Shown in pieces: positions 1-9,749 of a DNA stretch of 64,000 nt. Source of the DNA: an uncultured Thermoprotei archaeon (lineage in GTDB: Archaea; Thermoproteota; Thermoprotei; Thermofilales; B15-G2); the NCBI GenBank assembly GCA_965367815.1, contig CBDUKN010000001.1:96001-160000 (forward strand). The letters are read 5' to 3'. Made by a program: the position numbers and the translations under genes. The stretch's first letter is position 1. Every line of letters starts with the position of its first letter. The notes beneath the pieces were generated by a model. The model had not been told where the DNA came from. It worked only from the letters and a program-made list of their open reading frames with translations, and did not search any database.

Positions 1-53
1 AATACTGGGTAAGTTAAACGTAACCCAATATTAAATATTTGAGGAAACTATGA

Positions 54-317
54 GTGATGCCTATGAACAAAGGCAAAGTCTACCTATTTGTAGAGAAGAA
101 CAATAGTGAGTGCGAGAAGGCTGTTGTGCTTTTAGAGTCTCTAGGTATACCTTTTGTCAAAGTAGATGTAGACGAGAATGGTGTTCGCGGCTGGATGATA
201 TTAGAGTTTGGGTCAAATAAAACTCCTCTAGTGGCTACAGAAGAAGCCATACTTGTAGGACTTAAACAGATAGAAGAATACTTTAAAGCAAAAAACAGAG
301 CTTCTGCAGGCGAATAA
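54..317 (+). CDS. glutaredoxin-like protein (NrdH/Grx fold, single Cys)
   Basis: 87 aa; NSECEKA at the CxxC position, cis-Pro motif KTPLV, C-terminal LVG. Confidence 0.7.
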   Translation: MMPMNKGKVYLFVEKNNSECEKAVVLLESLGIPFVKVDVDENGVRGWMILEFGSNKTPLVATEEAILVGLKQIEEYFKAKNRASAGE

Positions 318-352
318 CAGTCTTAAATAGTGCTTCCGTAAGTATAGATATT

Positions 353-1387
353 GTGAAGTTTAAGGTTAGAGCGGTTACTCTCGCTATACCTGAGCTGAAT
401 GAAAGTTTTATAGAATTAGCAAGAAAAGTAAAGGAAACGGAAGTAAGAACTGAGATCTGGAGCTATAGAATTGCCTTAGCTCCAACTAAGTGTTCTTTAA
501 AGCTTCTCGACAGAGCTTCTGCTTTCGTCGAGGAAGCGGACTTCGATTATTTTTCTGTGCCTTTGTCAGCTGAAGGGAATTTAGCTGAAATATGTGAAAG
601 TCTGTCTTCGTATGAAAATCTTTTCGCGAGTTTCAATGTCCCTGAACTAGAGTTAAGTCGAATTCCGTGTCTAGCCGAGAAGTACTATCAAGCCTTGAAT
701 TCTCTAAGGAAGAGAGGCGATTATCTTACTCAGTGTAGAATAGCTCTTGTCGTTAAAGGTCCTATTGAAACACCTTATTTTCCGGCTGCAGCCTGTGTTT
801 CAGGGAAGCCCTTTTTAACGGGGGCTCTTCTCTACGCCAAGTATCTTTACTCAAAGGGGAATATTATTGAAAAAATAAGAGATGCTGGAAGAACTTGCTT
901 AAAAGTTCTCACAGAAATCTCCTGTAAAGCAGGGATTGAGGTTAAGGGAGTAGATCTATCTATTTCACCTTGGATGGAGGAGTCTGTTGTTCCTTTAATT
1001 ACTTCAGGAAAGAGAAGTATTTCTCTCTACCGAATACTTGTTTTGAATAAGGCTATTGAAAGAGCTTCAGCTGAGCTAAAGTCTTGTGGATTTAACGAGA
1101 TTATGCTCCCTTTAGCTGAAGACAATGAGTTAAAAAGGCTTGCAGCTGAGGGGGCTCTGAGGGCAAGAGACTTCATTAGGTTCTCTGTAGCATGTGTAGC
1201 TGGAGTAGACATGGTGCTTCTTCCCAATGCTCCTAGAGAAAAGTTCCTCGAGTACATTGAAGAGTGTCTTGCTGTAGCTTTCATTAAAAACAAGCCTATA
1301 GGCTTTCGCTTAATCTACACTGATGCTGAGCCCGGCGAATTTATTGAATTAGGAAAATTTTCTAGTACGCCTGTAATAGACTTCTAG
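353..1387 (+). CDS. DUF711 (PFL-like/UPF0210) family protein
   Basis: TPYFPAA, GVDLSISP, GFNEIMLPLAED and CVAGVDMV motifs. Confidence 0.75.
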   Translation: MKFKVRAVTLAIPELNESFIELARKVKETEVRTEIWSYRIALAPTKCSLKLLDRASAFVEEADFDYFSVPLSAEGNLAEICESLSSYENLFASFNVPELELSRIPCLAEKYYQALNSLRKRGDYLTQCRIALVVKGPIETPYFPAAACVSGKPFLTGALLYAKYLYSKGNIIEKIRDAGRTCLKVLTEISCKAGIEVKGVDLSISPWMEESVVPLITSGKRSISLYRILVLNKAIERASAELKSCGFNEIMLPLAEDNELKRLAAEGALRARDFIRFSVACVAGVDMVLLPNAPREKFLEYIEECLAVAFIKNKPIGFRLIYTDAEPGEFIELGKFSSTPVIDF

Positions 1388-1441
1388 TTTTCAATGAATT
1401 TACGATAGTTTTAAATTACATTACGCTTACTCACACACAAT

Positions 1442-2413
1442 ATGAGGACAGTAGTCACGGGTGGTGCAGGTTTCATTGGAAGCTGGCTCGTAGATAAGCT
1501 TATCGAGGAAGGACATGAAGTAATAGTAGTAGATAATCTCAGCAGCGGTAAAGTAGAGAACTTAAGTAGGCACTTAAATAATTCTCGCTTTAAGCTAATT
1601 AAAGCAGATTTAAAGACTTTAACCGACTGGAGTTTTATGAAAGATTCTGAAGTAGTCTTCCACTTGGCTGCAAATCCCGAAGTAAGAGTATCCTCTATAA
1701 ATCCTAGAATACACTTTGAGGAAAATGTCTTAGCTACGTTTAATGTCCTTGAAGCAGCTCGATTAAACGATATACCCTACTTCATTTTCACGAGCTCGAG
1801 CACAGTTTACGGAGAAGCCAAAATTATGCCTACTCCTGAAGACTATCATCCACTTGAACCTATCTCGGTATATGGTGCGAGTAAACTTGCCTGCGAGAAT
1901 TTCATTGTGACTTATTCTAAGCTCTATGGAATTAAAGGAGTAATCTACAGACTAGCCAATATTGTGGGAGGAAGATCTACTCATGGAGTAATATGGGATT
2001 TTATACATAAGCTCAAAAAGAACCCCTCATGTCTAGAAATACTCGGTGACGGGACTCAGCAAAAAAGCTATCTCCATGTATCAGACTGTGTTGAAGCCAT
2101 GCTCTATCTCTTCAATAAAGTAAAAGACCCTATCAAAGACTACGAGGTATTTAATGTGGGAAACGAGGACTGGGTTAAAGTAATAGAGATAGCCGATATT
2201 GTTGTAGAGGAAATGGGCCTCAAAAACGTGAAATACGTGTTTAAGCCGATGACTTCCGATGGAAGAGGATGGCCCGGCGACGTCAAGTTAATGCTACTTG
2301 ATATAAGTAAAGCTAAGAAGTATGGCTGGAAGCCTAAGCTAAGCTCGAGAGACGCTGTCAGAAGAGCCGCAAGAGAAATTCTCGAGTATTTATCTAAGGG
2401 ACAGAAGCTATGA
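1442..2413 (+). CDS. NAD-dependent epimerase/dehydratase (UDP-glucose 4-epimerase-like)
   Basis: TGGAGFIG Rossmann motif, YGASK catalytic motif, GWPGDV. Confidence 0.9.
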   Translation: MRTVVTGGAGFIGSWLVDKLIEEGHEVIVVDNLSSGKVENLSRHLNNSRFKLIKADLKTLTDWSFMKDSEVVFHLAANPEVRVSSINPRIHFEENVLATFNVLEAARLNDIPYFIFTSSSTVYGEAKIMPTPEDYHPLEPISVYGASKLACENFIVTYSKLYGIKGVIYRLANIVGGRSTHGVIWDFIHKLKKNPSCLEILGDGTQQKSYLHVSDCVEAMLYLFNKVKDPIKDYEVFNVGNEDWVKVIEIADIVVEEMGLKNVKYVFKPMTSDGRGWPGDVKLMLLDISKAKKYGWKPKLSSRDAVRRAAREILEYLSKGQKL

Positions 2414-3021
2414 CCTACAGTATTCTAGTAGCAGACCCTGTCAACAGGCTTCTCGGAATAATAACTGTCTCCGGCAGTATCGCTGTGGGAAGCAGAGTTC
2501 CTTACATAAAGTACCCTTACTGCGCGGTAGCATCTCAGGCGTTAACTAATCCTTCCTTAGGGCCGATCATAGGAGAACTCATTAGTAGAGGAAGTACAGC
2601 TGAGCAGGCTCTGAATCTAGCTATCAAGAAAGATAGCTATCCTCAACACAGACAAGTAGCAGTAATTACTCTTGGCTTAGACAAGGCAGCGTACACTGGC
2701 TCTGAGGCTCCTCAGTTTCGTGGAGAATATTTGGGAGAAGACTTTGCTGTCATAGGAAACTATGTGCGCAAAGGAGTAGTAGAAGAGGCGGCAGACGCTA
2801 TGAGGAGAAATAGAAAACTCAATATGCTTGATAGACTCATAGAAGCAGCTCGGAGAGCTCATGAAGTGGGAGGAGACATGAGAGGTGACAGGAGTGCTGC
2901 ACTAATTATTTGCGGCGAAACAGAGTATTCGCCTTACTACAATAAGCTACTTGATCTAAGAGTAGATTTTTCGAGAAACCCTGTAGAAGAACTCATTAAA
3001 ATAGTCAATATGCTAAAATAG
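2410..3021 (+). CDS. DUF1028 family Ntn-hydrolase-like protein
   Basis: N-terminal MTYSI, VASQA, GGDMRG..SAAL, DLRVD; ATGA overlap with the upstream gene. Confidence 0.85.
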   Translation: MTYSILVADPVNRLLGIITVSGSIAVGSRVPYIKYPYCAVASQALTNPSLGPIIGELISRGSTAEQALNLAIKKDSYPQHRQVAVITLGLDKAAYTGSEAPQFRGEYLGEDFAVIGNYVRKGVVEEAADAMRRNRKLNMLDRLIEAARRAHEVGGDMRGDRSAALIICGETEYSPYYNKLLDLRVDFSRNPVEELIKIVNMLK

Positions 3022-3072
3022 TTTGTGATTTCTGCAAGGGAAATGTTAAAAGTAGTAGTTTCGAAGTAAAGA

Positions 3073-3837
3073 GTGATGTTAATAGACCTAAAAGTAGCTA
3101 AAGTCGGGTCTCTCGTATTGGAAGTCGAAGACGAAGAGCTTGCTCACTTTCTTTCATCTAAAGCTCCTTCCTCTGTAATCAATGTCTGGAAAGAAGAGAT
3201 ATACTTCAATATACCTTTTTCTAAAGAGTTTGCAGAAACTGTAGCTTATGTACATAAGGGAGACGTAGCTTACTGGGAGCCAGGCCCGGCTCTCTGTGTT
3301 TTCTTCGGCTACAGTCAGCCCTATACTCCTGTGGCAGTTGTGGGCCACAGTATTTCTCCTATTCACCACTACTACTGGGTAGAAGACAGAGCAGAAGTAC
3401 AGGTATCTGCTCACAAAGAAGTTTTTAAAGAAGACTACGAGGGTATAAAAGAAGTACTTCGGAAAGCTGGGTACACGGCAGCAGTAGCAGACATGGAGGG
3501 AGGATACCCTGTAGTAGTTGCGTGTAAGTATATTGAAGGGAGAAGGATAAGCCTAGAGCTAGATGTAGAGGACTACGGATACTATATTGAAACAGAGCCT
3601 CTCTACAAGTATTCTCGAACAGCATTTCACGTAGTAATAACAGAAAACCTTACAAGAAGACTTTCTCCCTTCAAGTACTCTAGAGTAGACTTAAACGAAG
3701 ACGGATACCTCTGCGTATCAGCCTGCTGCACTAGGGAAAAAGAGTTAAAAAGTGCCATAAGAGAACTCGAAGAAAAGTATTTGAAAGCACTAGATTTCAT
3801 AGAGTCACTCTATTCTGTTCCAATGATTGAACTGTAA
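3073..3837 (+). CDS. cyclophilin-like (DUF369) domain fused to a YbjN-like C-terminal domain
   Basis: WKEEIYF and GDVAYWEPGPALCVFFG in the N-terminal half; alpha/beta C-terminal half ending in RVDLNEDGYLCV plus a helix. Confidence 0.65.
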   Translation: MMLIDLKVAKVGSLVLEVEDEELAHFLSSKAPSSVINVWKEEIYFNIPFSKEFAETVAYVHKGDVAYWEPGPALCVFFGYSQPYTPVAVVGHSISPIHHYYWVEDRAEVQVSAHKEVFKEDYEGIKEVLRKAGYTAAVADMEGGYPVVVACKYIEGRRISLELDVEDYGYYIETEPLYKYSRTAFHVVITENLTRRLSPFKYSRVDLNEDGYLCVSACCTREKELKSAIRELEEKYLKALDFIESLYSVPMIEL

Positions 3838-3875
3838 CGCTATGTTTAAATTAAATTAAAATTACTTAAAAAACG

Positions 3876-4292
3876 ATGCCAGAAGATATTGAGCTAGAGA
3901 AAATAAAGTTGAAAAAACTAGCTAGGCTGCTGGGAGGAGGAAAAGAGAAGCCTCGAAGTGAAGTCATTGAAGTAGAGAGCTACGAGGAGTTTAAAGAACT
4001 TTTAGCGAAGTCGGCTAGTGAAGGCAAGTTGCTCGTAGTAGATTTCTGGGCTCCCTGGTGTCCTCCCTGCATAATGATGGCGCCTATCTTCAAAGAAGTA
4101 GCTAAAGAGCTTTCAGACAAAGTTCTCTTCGCTAAAGTAAATGTAGATAAAGTAAAGGAAGCTGCCCTAGACTACGGTATAACGGCAATACCTACTCTCA
4201 TGGCATTTAAAGGAGGAAAGCCTGTAAGCATGCGCGTAGGCTTCGCGCCTAAACCTGCTTTAAAGTCTTGGGTAGAGAGCCTAGTTAGATAA
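3876..4292 (+). CDS. trxA: thioredoxin
   Basis: VDFWAPWCPPC active site, IPT motif. Confidence 0.92.
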   Translation: MPEDIELEKIKLKKLARLLGGGKEKPRSEVIEVESYEEFKELLAKSASEGKLLVVDFWAPWCPPCIMMAPIFKEVAKELSDKVLFAKVNVDKVKEAALDYGITAIPTLMAFKGGKPVSMRVGFAPKPALKSWVESLVR

Positions 4293-5046
4293 GTTCTTCT
4301 GGTATAGAGTCCGGCCTGAAGCTCACTTTAGGCTTTATGCCCGCTTTTCTCAGACGCTCCATTACGTGAGGGTACTCAAAAACATATTCCTCCTCGAATT
4401 CCTCTACTAGTACTCTGTCTATTTCTTCTAGTCTTTGAATTAGGTACTTCAAACTCTCTTTAGTGCTGAAAGAAAGCATTACAGCAGGATGGCATTCAAC
4501 ACCGTAATCGAGAAGGTTTTTTAGTGCCTGGAGCTGGTACTCGAAGGACTTTGGTGTAGCGCCGGTAAGCATAGAGAATTCTTGGGGAGTACAGCCCTTA
4601 ATAGATACTCTCACGTGTACACATGTAAACTTAGAGAGATCTCGGGCATAAGACTTGTCATATCCTATGAGTATTCCATTAGTTTCCAGTATAAACAGGT
4701 ATTTTCCTGACTCTTCTACAAGCTCCAGCAGTTTAGTTAAATGTTCTCGGCCGATAGTTGGCTCGTTACCGCTTACTCTCAGCTGACGGTATCCTCTCCT
4801 CGAGGCACATTTATCGAGCTTCATGAAAATGTACTCAGGCGAATAAAACTTGCCTATTTTGTCTGGATGGTCTCGTGGTGCTCCGCTCCAGCAGAAAACA
4901 CATTTGAGGTTGCAGCCAACGCAGTCAGCTGTAGCTATTCCTCCATACCAGCGTCCTCCTCTAGCTACACGGTAGTATTTTCTAAGAGAATTCTTTGTTA
5001 CTATTCTCTTGAGAGCTTCAGCGTATTTTACGGGATCATAGGGCAT
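4285..5046 (-). CDS. radical SAM protein (archaeal activase-like family)
   Basis: CNLKCVFC (CxxxCxxC), SGNEP, ETNG. Confidence 0.85.
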   Translation of the reverse strand: MPYDPVKYAEALKRIVTKNSLRKYYRVARGGRWYGGIATADCVGCNLKCVFCWSGAPRDHPDKIGKFYSPEYIFMKLDKCASRRGYRQLRVSGNEPTIGREHLTKLLELVEESGKYLFILETNGILIGYDKSYARDLSKFTCVHVRVSIKGCTPQEFSMLTGATPKSFEYQLQALKNLLDYGVECHPAVMLSFSTKESLKYLIQRLEEIDRVLVEEFEEEYVFEYPHVMERLRKAGIKPKVSFRPDSIPEELI

Positions 5047-5123
5047 TTTCTCAACTATGATTAGACTCTACTTTTTCATATTCTTTCTCCTCGAAATAGG
5101 AGTACTGCGCTAAGCTTGCGAAA

Positions 5124-6362
5124 ATGGCCTTTATTTGGCTAAATTTAATTACTGTTGCTAGACTATTTTCTGTGATTATGAGAGAAGAATTTCCTGTACT
5201 CAAGAAAACTGTCTACTTGAATACTGCGGGCTACGGCCTTGTTCCACAAAGAGCTATAAAGAAGGTAGTGAGCACTGCTCAGCGTTTACTAGAGGAAGGG
5301 CCTTGGAATTCTTCCTTCGAGGAAAAAGTTTTAGATGAGGCTAGGAGAGAGGCCGCAAAAATCATAGGTGCTGAAGCAGAAGAAGTATTTTTTACCACGT
5401 CTACTACGACGGGTTTAAGTAAAGTCATAGCAATGGTTGGATTCAAGAAGGGGGATAATGTAGTTAGCTTCGACTTAGAGTTTCCTGGTGTTGCATCAGT
5501 AGTAAAGACATACTGTAGTAAAGTTGGCTGCGAAGTACGTATAGTAAGACATAGAAATGGCTTCTATGCGGTAGAAGATATTGAGAAGGCTGTTGATGAG
5601 AAAACAAAAGCTATTGTAGCTAGCAGTGTTCAGTGGGTTAATGGTTTAGTCATGCCACTCAAAGAAATGCGCGAAATAGCGGATAGAGTAGGTGCCTACT
5701 TGATTTTAGACTCAATACAGCATATAGGTGCAGTCAAGTTCAATGTAAATGAAATAAAGCCAGATTTCGCTGTAGCTGGTGGAGAAAAGTGGCTTCTTTC
5801 TACATGGTTTGGAGTTGGTCTAGTTTATGTTAGAAAAGAGCTTTTGAGCGAACTCGAGTCTCCTCCTTATGGCTTACATAACATGGAGGAGCCTGCCGAG
5901 ACATGGTCTCAGTACTGGTTCAATCCAGATAAAGACTGCTGGAAATTACTCGAGCTGAAGAAAACTGCAGCCAGGTTCGAGTGGGCCGGAACTCCACCGA
6001 TACTTGGTGTACTTGGTTTTACGGAGTCATTGAAGCTTTTAAATGAAATAGGAATAAACAAAATACATTATCACAATTTGTCGCTTAAAGAAAAGCTTAT
6101 AGATATAATAATTGAGCTAAATGGAGAGATAGTGACCTTTACTGAAAATAAAGAAAAGTGGTCTAGTATAACTACATTTAAATTAAGGAACATTAGTTTA
6201 AAAGAACACTATAACATAGTAGCTGAATTAAAGAAAAGAAACATTATTGTCGCAGCTAGAGGGGCTGGGGGACTAGGCGGTATAAGAGTATCACCGCATT
6301 TATACAATACAGTAGACGACTTAGAGAAGCTATTTGAAGTTATTAAAGAACTTATTAAGTAA
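5124..6362 (+). CDS. class V PLP-dependent aminotransferase (cysteine desulfurase/lyase-like); true start probably ATG 5178
   Basis: YLNTAG, DSIQHIG, GGEKW (PLP lysine), RVSPHLYN. Confidence 0.85.
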   Translation: MAFIWLNLITVARLFSVIMREEFPVLKKTVYLNTAGYGLVPQRAIKKVVSTAQRLLEEGPWNSSFEEKVLDEARREAAKIIGAEAEEVFFTTSTTTGLSKVIAMVGFKKGDNVVSFDLEFPGVASVVKTYCSKVGCEVRIVRHRNGFYAVEDIEKAVDEKTKAIVASSVQWVNGLVMPLKEMREIADRVGAYLILDSIQHIGAVKFNVNEIKPDFAVAGGEKWLLSTWFGVGLVYVRKELLSELESPPYGLHNMEEPAETWSQYWFNPDKDCWKLLELKKTAARFEWAGTPPILGVLGFTESLKLLNEIGINKIHYHNLSLKEKLIDIIIELNGEIVTFTENKEKWSSITTFKLRNISLKEHYNIVAELKKRNIIVAARGAGGLGGIRVSPHLYNTVDDLEKLFEVIKELIK

Positions 6363-6402
6363 TGATACTTAGTTTTTTATTCCATGGAGCGGACATGTAG
6401 AC

Positions 6403-7378
6403 GTGATTAAAGTATCTTTAATTGGCACGAGAAGCGCTTCACTTAAGGTTTACTGGGAGACTTCTTTCGAGTAAATGACCTATGGGGCAGCACTTTTTGT
6501 CTAATGAATATGGTTGAGTCGACTGTGCAGCTGCAAGTCTTTACACTAAAGTAAATGTAGTCGAGTTATGTCATAGTGTATATCATATCGTGAAATTAGC
6601 GTCAAAGCTACTGAACATAAATCCTCAGGGGGATTAGTGTTCATGCTGGAGGATTAAACCACTTTATATGGACTACTGATATAGTCTATAAAGGAGAGTC
6701 CGTGTTCTCTGTCTTAACAAAGGAGTTATTTAATTCGAGCAAGTACAGTATTATGGAAAACACCCATACTCAATTAGACGCGAAGTCTACAAAGTTTTTA
6801 AGGTTCTGCCTACCTTGAGTGATAGACGATTCGCAGAGTTTTTCCCTTATTTAAGCTACTGGCTTAATCGCCTTAAATATGGTTCTGTATTGAAAAGAGT
6901 AAGTGGGGTCATAGATTTCGATAAAATGAGGCTCAGCGAGCACGTTGTCAGAAGACAAGGGGATGTTTTCTCTGCTGTAATTAAAGGTGAGAAGAAAATA
7001 AGGCCTTCGGAAGAATATGCTCTTGACATAATTTCAGCTTTCTCTAATGAGAAGAGATTGTCACTGCTAGCAGTTAATATACTTAATAAAGGAAGGTCTG
7101 ATAAGCGGGTTACCTAGTGAAATAGCTGTAGAAGTGCCTGCAGTAATCGACGGTAGGAAGATAGAGGGAGTTTCGGTAAAGCTACCCGATGCTGTTAAAG
7201 CTTGATTGAGGCTGCATTCTGAGAAATACCTGCTATTAGTCAAAGGGATGGTTGAGGGCTCTATAGAGCTAGTTGAGCAGGCAATGGTTCTGGATCCCTT
7301 AACGCCTTCACTCGAAGCTGCTGAAATATTTTGAAAATGTATCTAAGCGAATTAAAGAGACTTGGGATGATGCCTTAA
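6403..7378 (+). pseudogene. decayed GH4 (NAD-dependent alpha-galactosidase/glucosidase) gene
   Basis: Fragments across frames: VIKVSLIG at 6403, VELCHSV near 6560, GGLNHFIW near 6650, RPSEEYALDII..VNILNKG, LPSEIAVEVPAVID, QAMVLDPL; multiple stops and frameshifts, shorter than a full GH4. Confidence 0.8.
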
Positions 7379-7401
7379 GTGAGTAGTATAATATTTGCTC
7401 T

Positions 7402-8427
7402 GTGCGGAAACAGAACATGAACAGAAATTTCTCTGTTCTAAACTATCTTCGCAAATTAGAGAGTGAAAATAAACCTTTACTTGAGTTCAAGGCGAAAAGT
7501 TTCGACGAGTGGAGGGAGTGGAGAGAGAAGCTTAAGAGTAAGTTAATAGAGCTTCTCGGAGGTTTTCCTGAAGAAAAAGTTCCTCTAAACCCTGAGGTAG
7601 TCGAGTCCTTTGAGAAAGACAGTATTATTGTAGAGAAAGTAGTCTATGATACTGAGGAGAACTTTAGTGTTCCTGCTTATCTTCTCAAGCCAGCCGACCT
7701 TAAGGGTAAAGCTCCGGGTATTCTTGCGCTTCATGGTCATGGGCGAGGTAAAGTTGATGTGGCCGGGATAGCTTCAAGTGAAATAGAGTACCAGAGATAT
7801 ATTGCTCCGCTGAACTACGATTATGGCTTCAAGCTAGCTAAGAGAGGCTTCGTGGTACTAGTGCCTGATGGGAGATGCTTTGGCGAGCTGTCGAAGGATG
7901 GCGTGACCTGCACATGGGGATTTACTTCTTCTCTTTTGTTGGGCAAAACTATGGTTGGGCAAAGAGTATGGGACGCCATTAGATCTATTGATTATCTTCA
8001 ATTGCTGCCTTTCGTAGATAAGGAGAAGATAGGCTGTGTAGGGTTATCTTGGGGCGGCACGTGGACTGCCTATACGAGTGCACTCGACGAGAGGATAAAG
8101 GTGGCTGTTATAAGCGGATACTTCAGCACTTTTAGGGACATGCTTATTGAGAGAGGAGAGTGTCCCTGCCAGTATATACCGGGCATACTCAAGTACGCTG
8201 ATTTTCCCGATATTGTGGGCTTAATTGCTCCTCGACCACTCTTAATAGAGTACGGTAAAAGAGATCCTCTTTATACACCGTCTTACGTTATGAAGGCTTA
8301 TGAAAAGCTTAAGAGGATTTATGACTTCCTTGGTGCGGGCGACAAGCTAGACATAGATGTATTTGATGGAGGACACATGTTTTCAGGGAGAAAGTCTATA
8401 GCTTGGCTAGAGAGGTGGCTAAAGTGA
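7402..8427 (+). CDS. alpha/beta hydrolase (dienelactone hydrolase / acetylxylan esterase-like)
   Basis: LHGHG, GLSWGG nucleophile elbow, Asp in KRDPL, GGH. Confidence 0.85.
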   Translation: MRKQNMNRNFSVLNYLRKLESENKPLLEFKAKSFDEWREWREKLKSKLIELLGGFPEEKVPLNPEVVESFEKDSIIVEKVVYDTEENFSVPAYLLKPADLKGKAPGILALHGHGRGKVDVAGIASSEIEYQRYIAPLNYDYGFKLAKRGFVVLVPDGRCFGELSKDGVTCTWGFTSSLLLGKTMVGQRVWDAIRSIDYLQLLPFVDKEKIGCVGLSWGGTWTAYTSALDERIKVAVISGYFSTFRDMLIERGECPCQYIPGILKYADFPDIVGLIAPRPLLIEYGKRDPLYTPSYVMKAYEKLKRIYDFLGAGDKLDIDVFDGGHMFSGRKSIAWLERWLK

Positions 8428-9726
8428 AACTATTTTCTCGAAGAGCGAGTATAGGAGAGCTTTTTCTGGCTCGCTGTGAGCTTTTTTAATCAAAATAAAG
8501 AGGCCCCGGTCTCCTTCTTCGAGGAAAGAGAGCATTTCTCTTGCAATTAAATACGTTTTCCTTAAGCCTTTTTCTGTAGTTAAATCTGTTAAGTTATCGA
8601 AGACTAACAGGAATGGGTAGCGGCAGCGGCTGCGCATTTTTCTAAGTAAGTATATTATATGTGCTTGTTCAGCCGATACTTCGTATTCTCGGTCACTTAT
8701 TTGTTTAGGATAGCTTACAGGTTCTAGGTAGCAGAAAATAATAGGCAAGTTTTCTTCACTTAGTTTCTCTCTTAAGGGGCTTTTCTTCTTAGTAAAGATT
8801 ATTGTACAGTATTCTTTGGCCTGTAGAGTATTCTTAATTACGCTCGCTGCGTCACTAGGTGTGTCTACTTCAAGTAGTATGCTTTTGTCTGCCGAGACTT
8901 TCATATGTGAAGTACTTGCTGAAGCCAGGAGAGTTACGGGTGTAAAGCTGCTCCAAGTTAGTGCCATTATCAGTACGCCGAGAGCAACTATTTCGAAAGA
9001 TTTCTTGAGAAAGAATAGTGATAGTTGAGAATATGCGTAGAGATCTTCGAGAATATAGAGCGAGAGAACAATTATGAAAAAGAGTCCACTAAGTCTATAG
9101 AAGTCTATTATTAGCTGAATTGACCAGTTATCTGATCCTCTTGTGAAAAGCATTAGGGTCCACACGACTACTGCAGCTAGCATACATGTCTCGGGAAAAA
9201 TATCTTGTAATAGCTTGTTGAATGAAGGATACGTGTATCCTCCTCCTATACTGACTATAACAAATGTCAGTACTAGTAGAATAGCTGTAATAGTAGTTCC
9301 AACAGAAGAAACTGGAGTTATTGCTGGTTCGTGGACTGTTATTTTCTTTAGCCATAAGTATATTCCTATGGCTAGAAAAAGAGCTCCTGTTAGAGGTGGT
9401 ATCTTAAGTGTAAAGAGTTGCCCGTATTCTCTTATAGTCGCTAATTCGTCGCAGAGATCTAGTATTGTGGAGAGTGTTAAGAGGAGTACTCCTCTGAATA
9501 CAAGTCTCCACTCCGAGAACCTGTATTCGGGTCTTTTTAAGTAGACTATAGTTGTGTGAATAGATGCGTTTAGGATAATCATTGTGACAAAAATTTTCAT
9601 GTACAGTTTGTCCCACAATATAGTGAATCTAGGCATTATGTACCCTTGGGCAAATAGCCAAATGATAGTCGAGGCAGTCAAGGCGAGTACTCCGTAAAAT
9701 ACTGTATTTTCGATAACTCTTTTCAC
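8419..9726 (-). CDS. polytopic membrane protein with C-terminal DUF835-like (inactivated KaiC/RecA) domain
   Basis: About 8 hydrophobic segments, then a soluble domain with LVFDNLTDL (degenerate Walker B) and KAHSEPE; no Walker A. Confidence 0.7.
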   Translation of the reverse strand: MKRVIENTVFYGVLALTASTIIWLFAQGYIMPRFTILWDKLYMKIFVTMIILNASIHTTIVYLKRPEYRFSEWRLVFRGVLLLTLSTILDLCDELATIREYGQLFTLKIPPLTGALFLAIGIYLWLKKITVHEPAITPVSSVGTTITAILLVLTFVIVSIGGGYTYPSFNKLLQDIFPETCMLAAVVVWTLMLFTRGSDNWSIQLIIDFYRLSGLFFIIVLSLYILEDLYAYSQLSLFFLKKSFEIVALGVLIMALTWSSFTPVTLLASASTSHMKVSADKSILLEVDTPSDAASVIKNTLQAKEYCTIIFTKKKSPLREKLSEENLPIIFCYLEPVSYPKQISDREYEVSAEQAHIIYLLRKMRSRCRYPFLLVFDNLTDLTTEKGLRKTYLIAREMLSFLEEGDRGLFILIKKAHSEPEKALLYSLFEKIVSL

Positions 9727-9749
9727 TAGGTATATTTCGAGTGCCTAAT

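Noticed and set aside
6815-7117. 100-aa ORF as an independent gene
   Set aside because: It is a fragment of the GH4 pseudogene.
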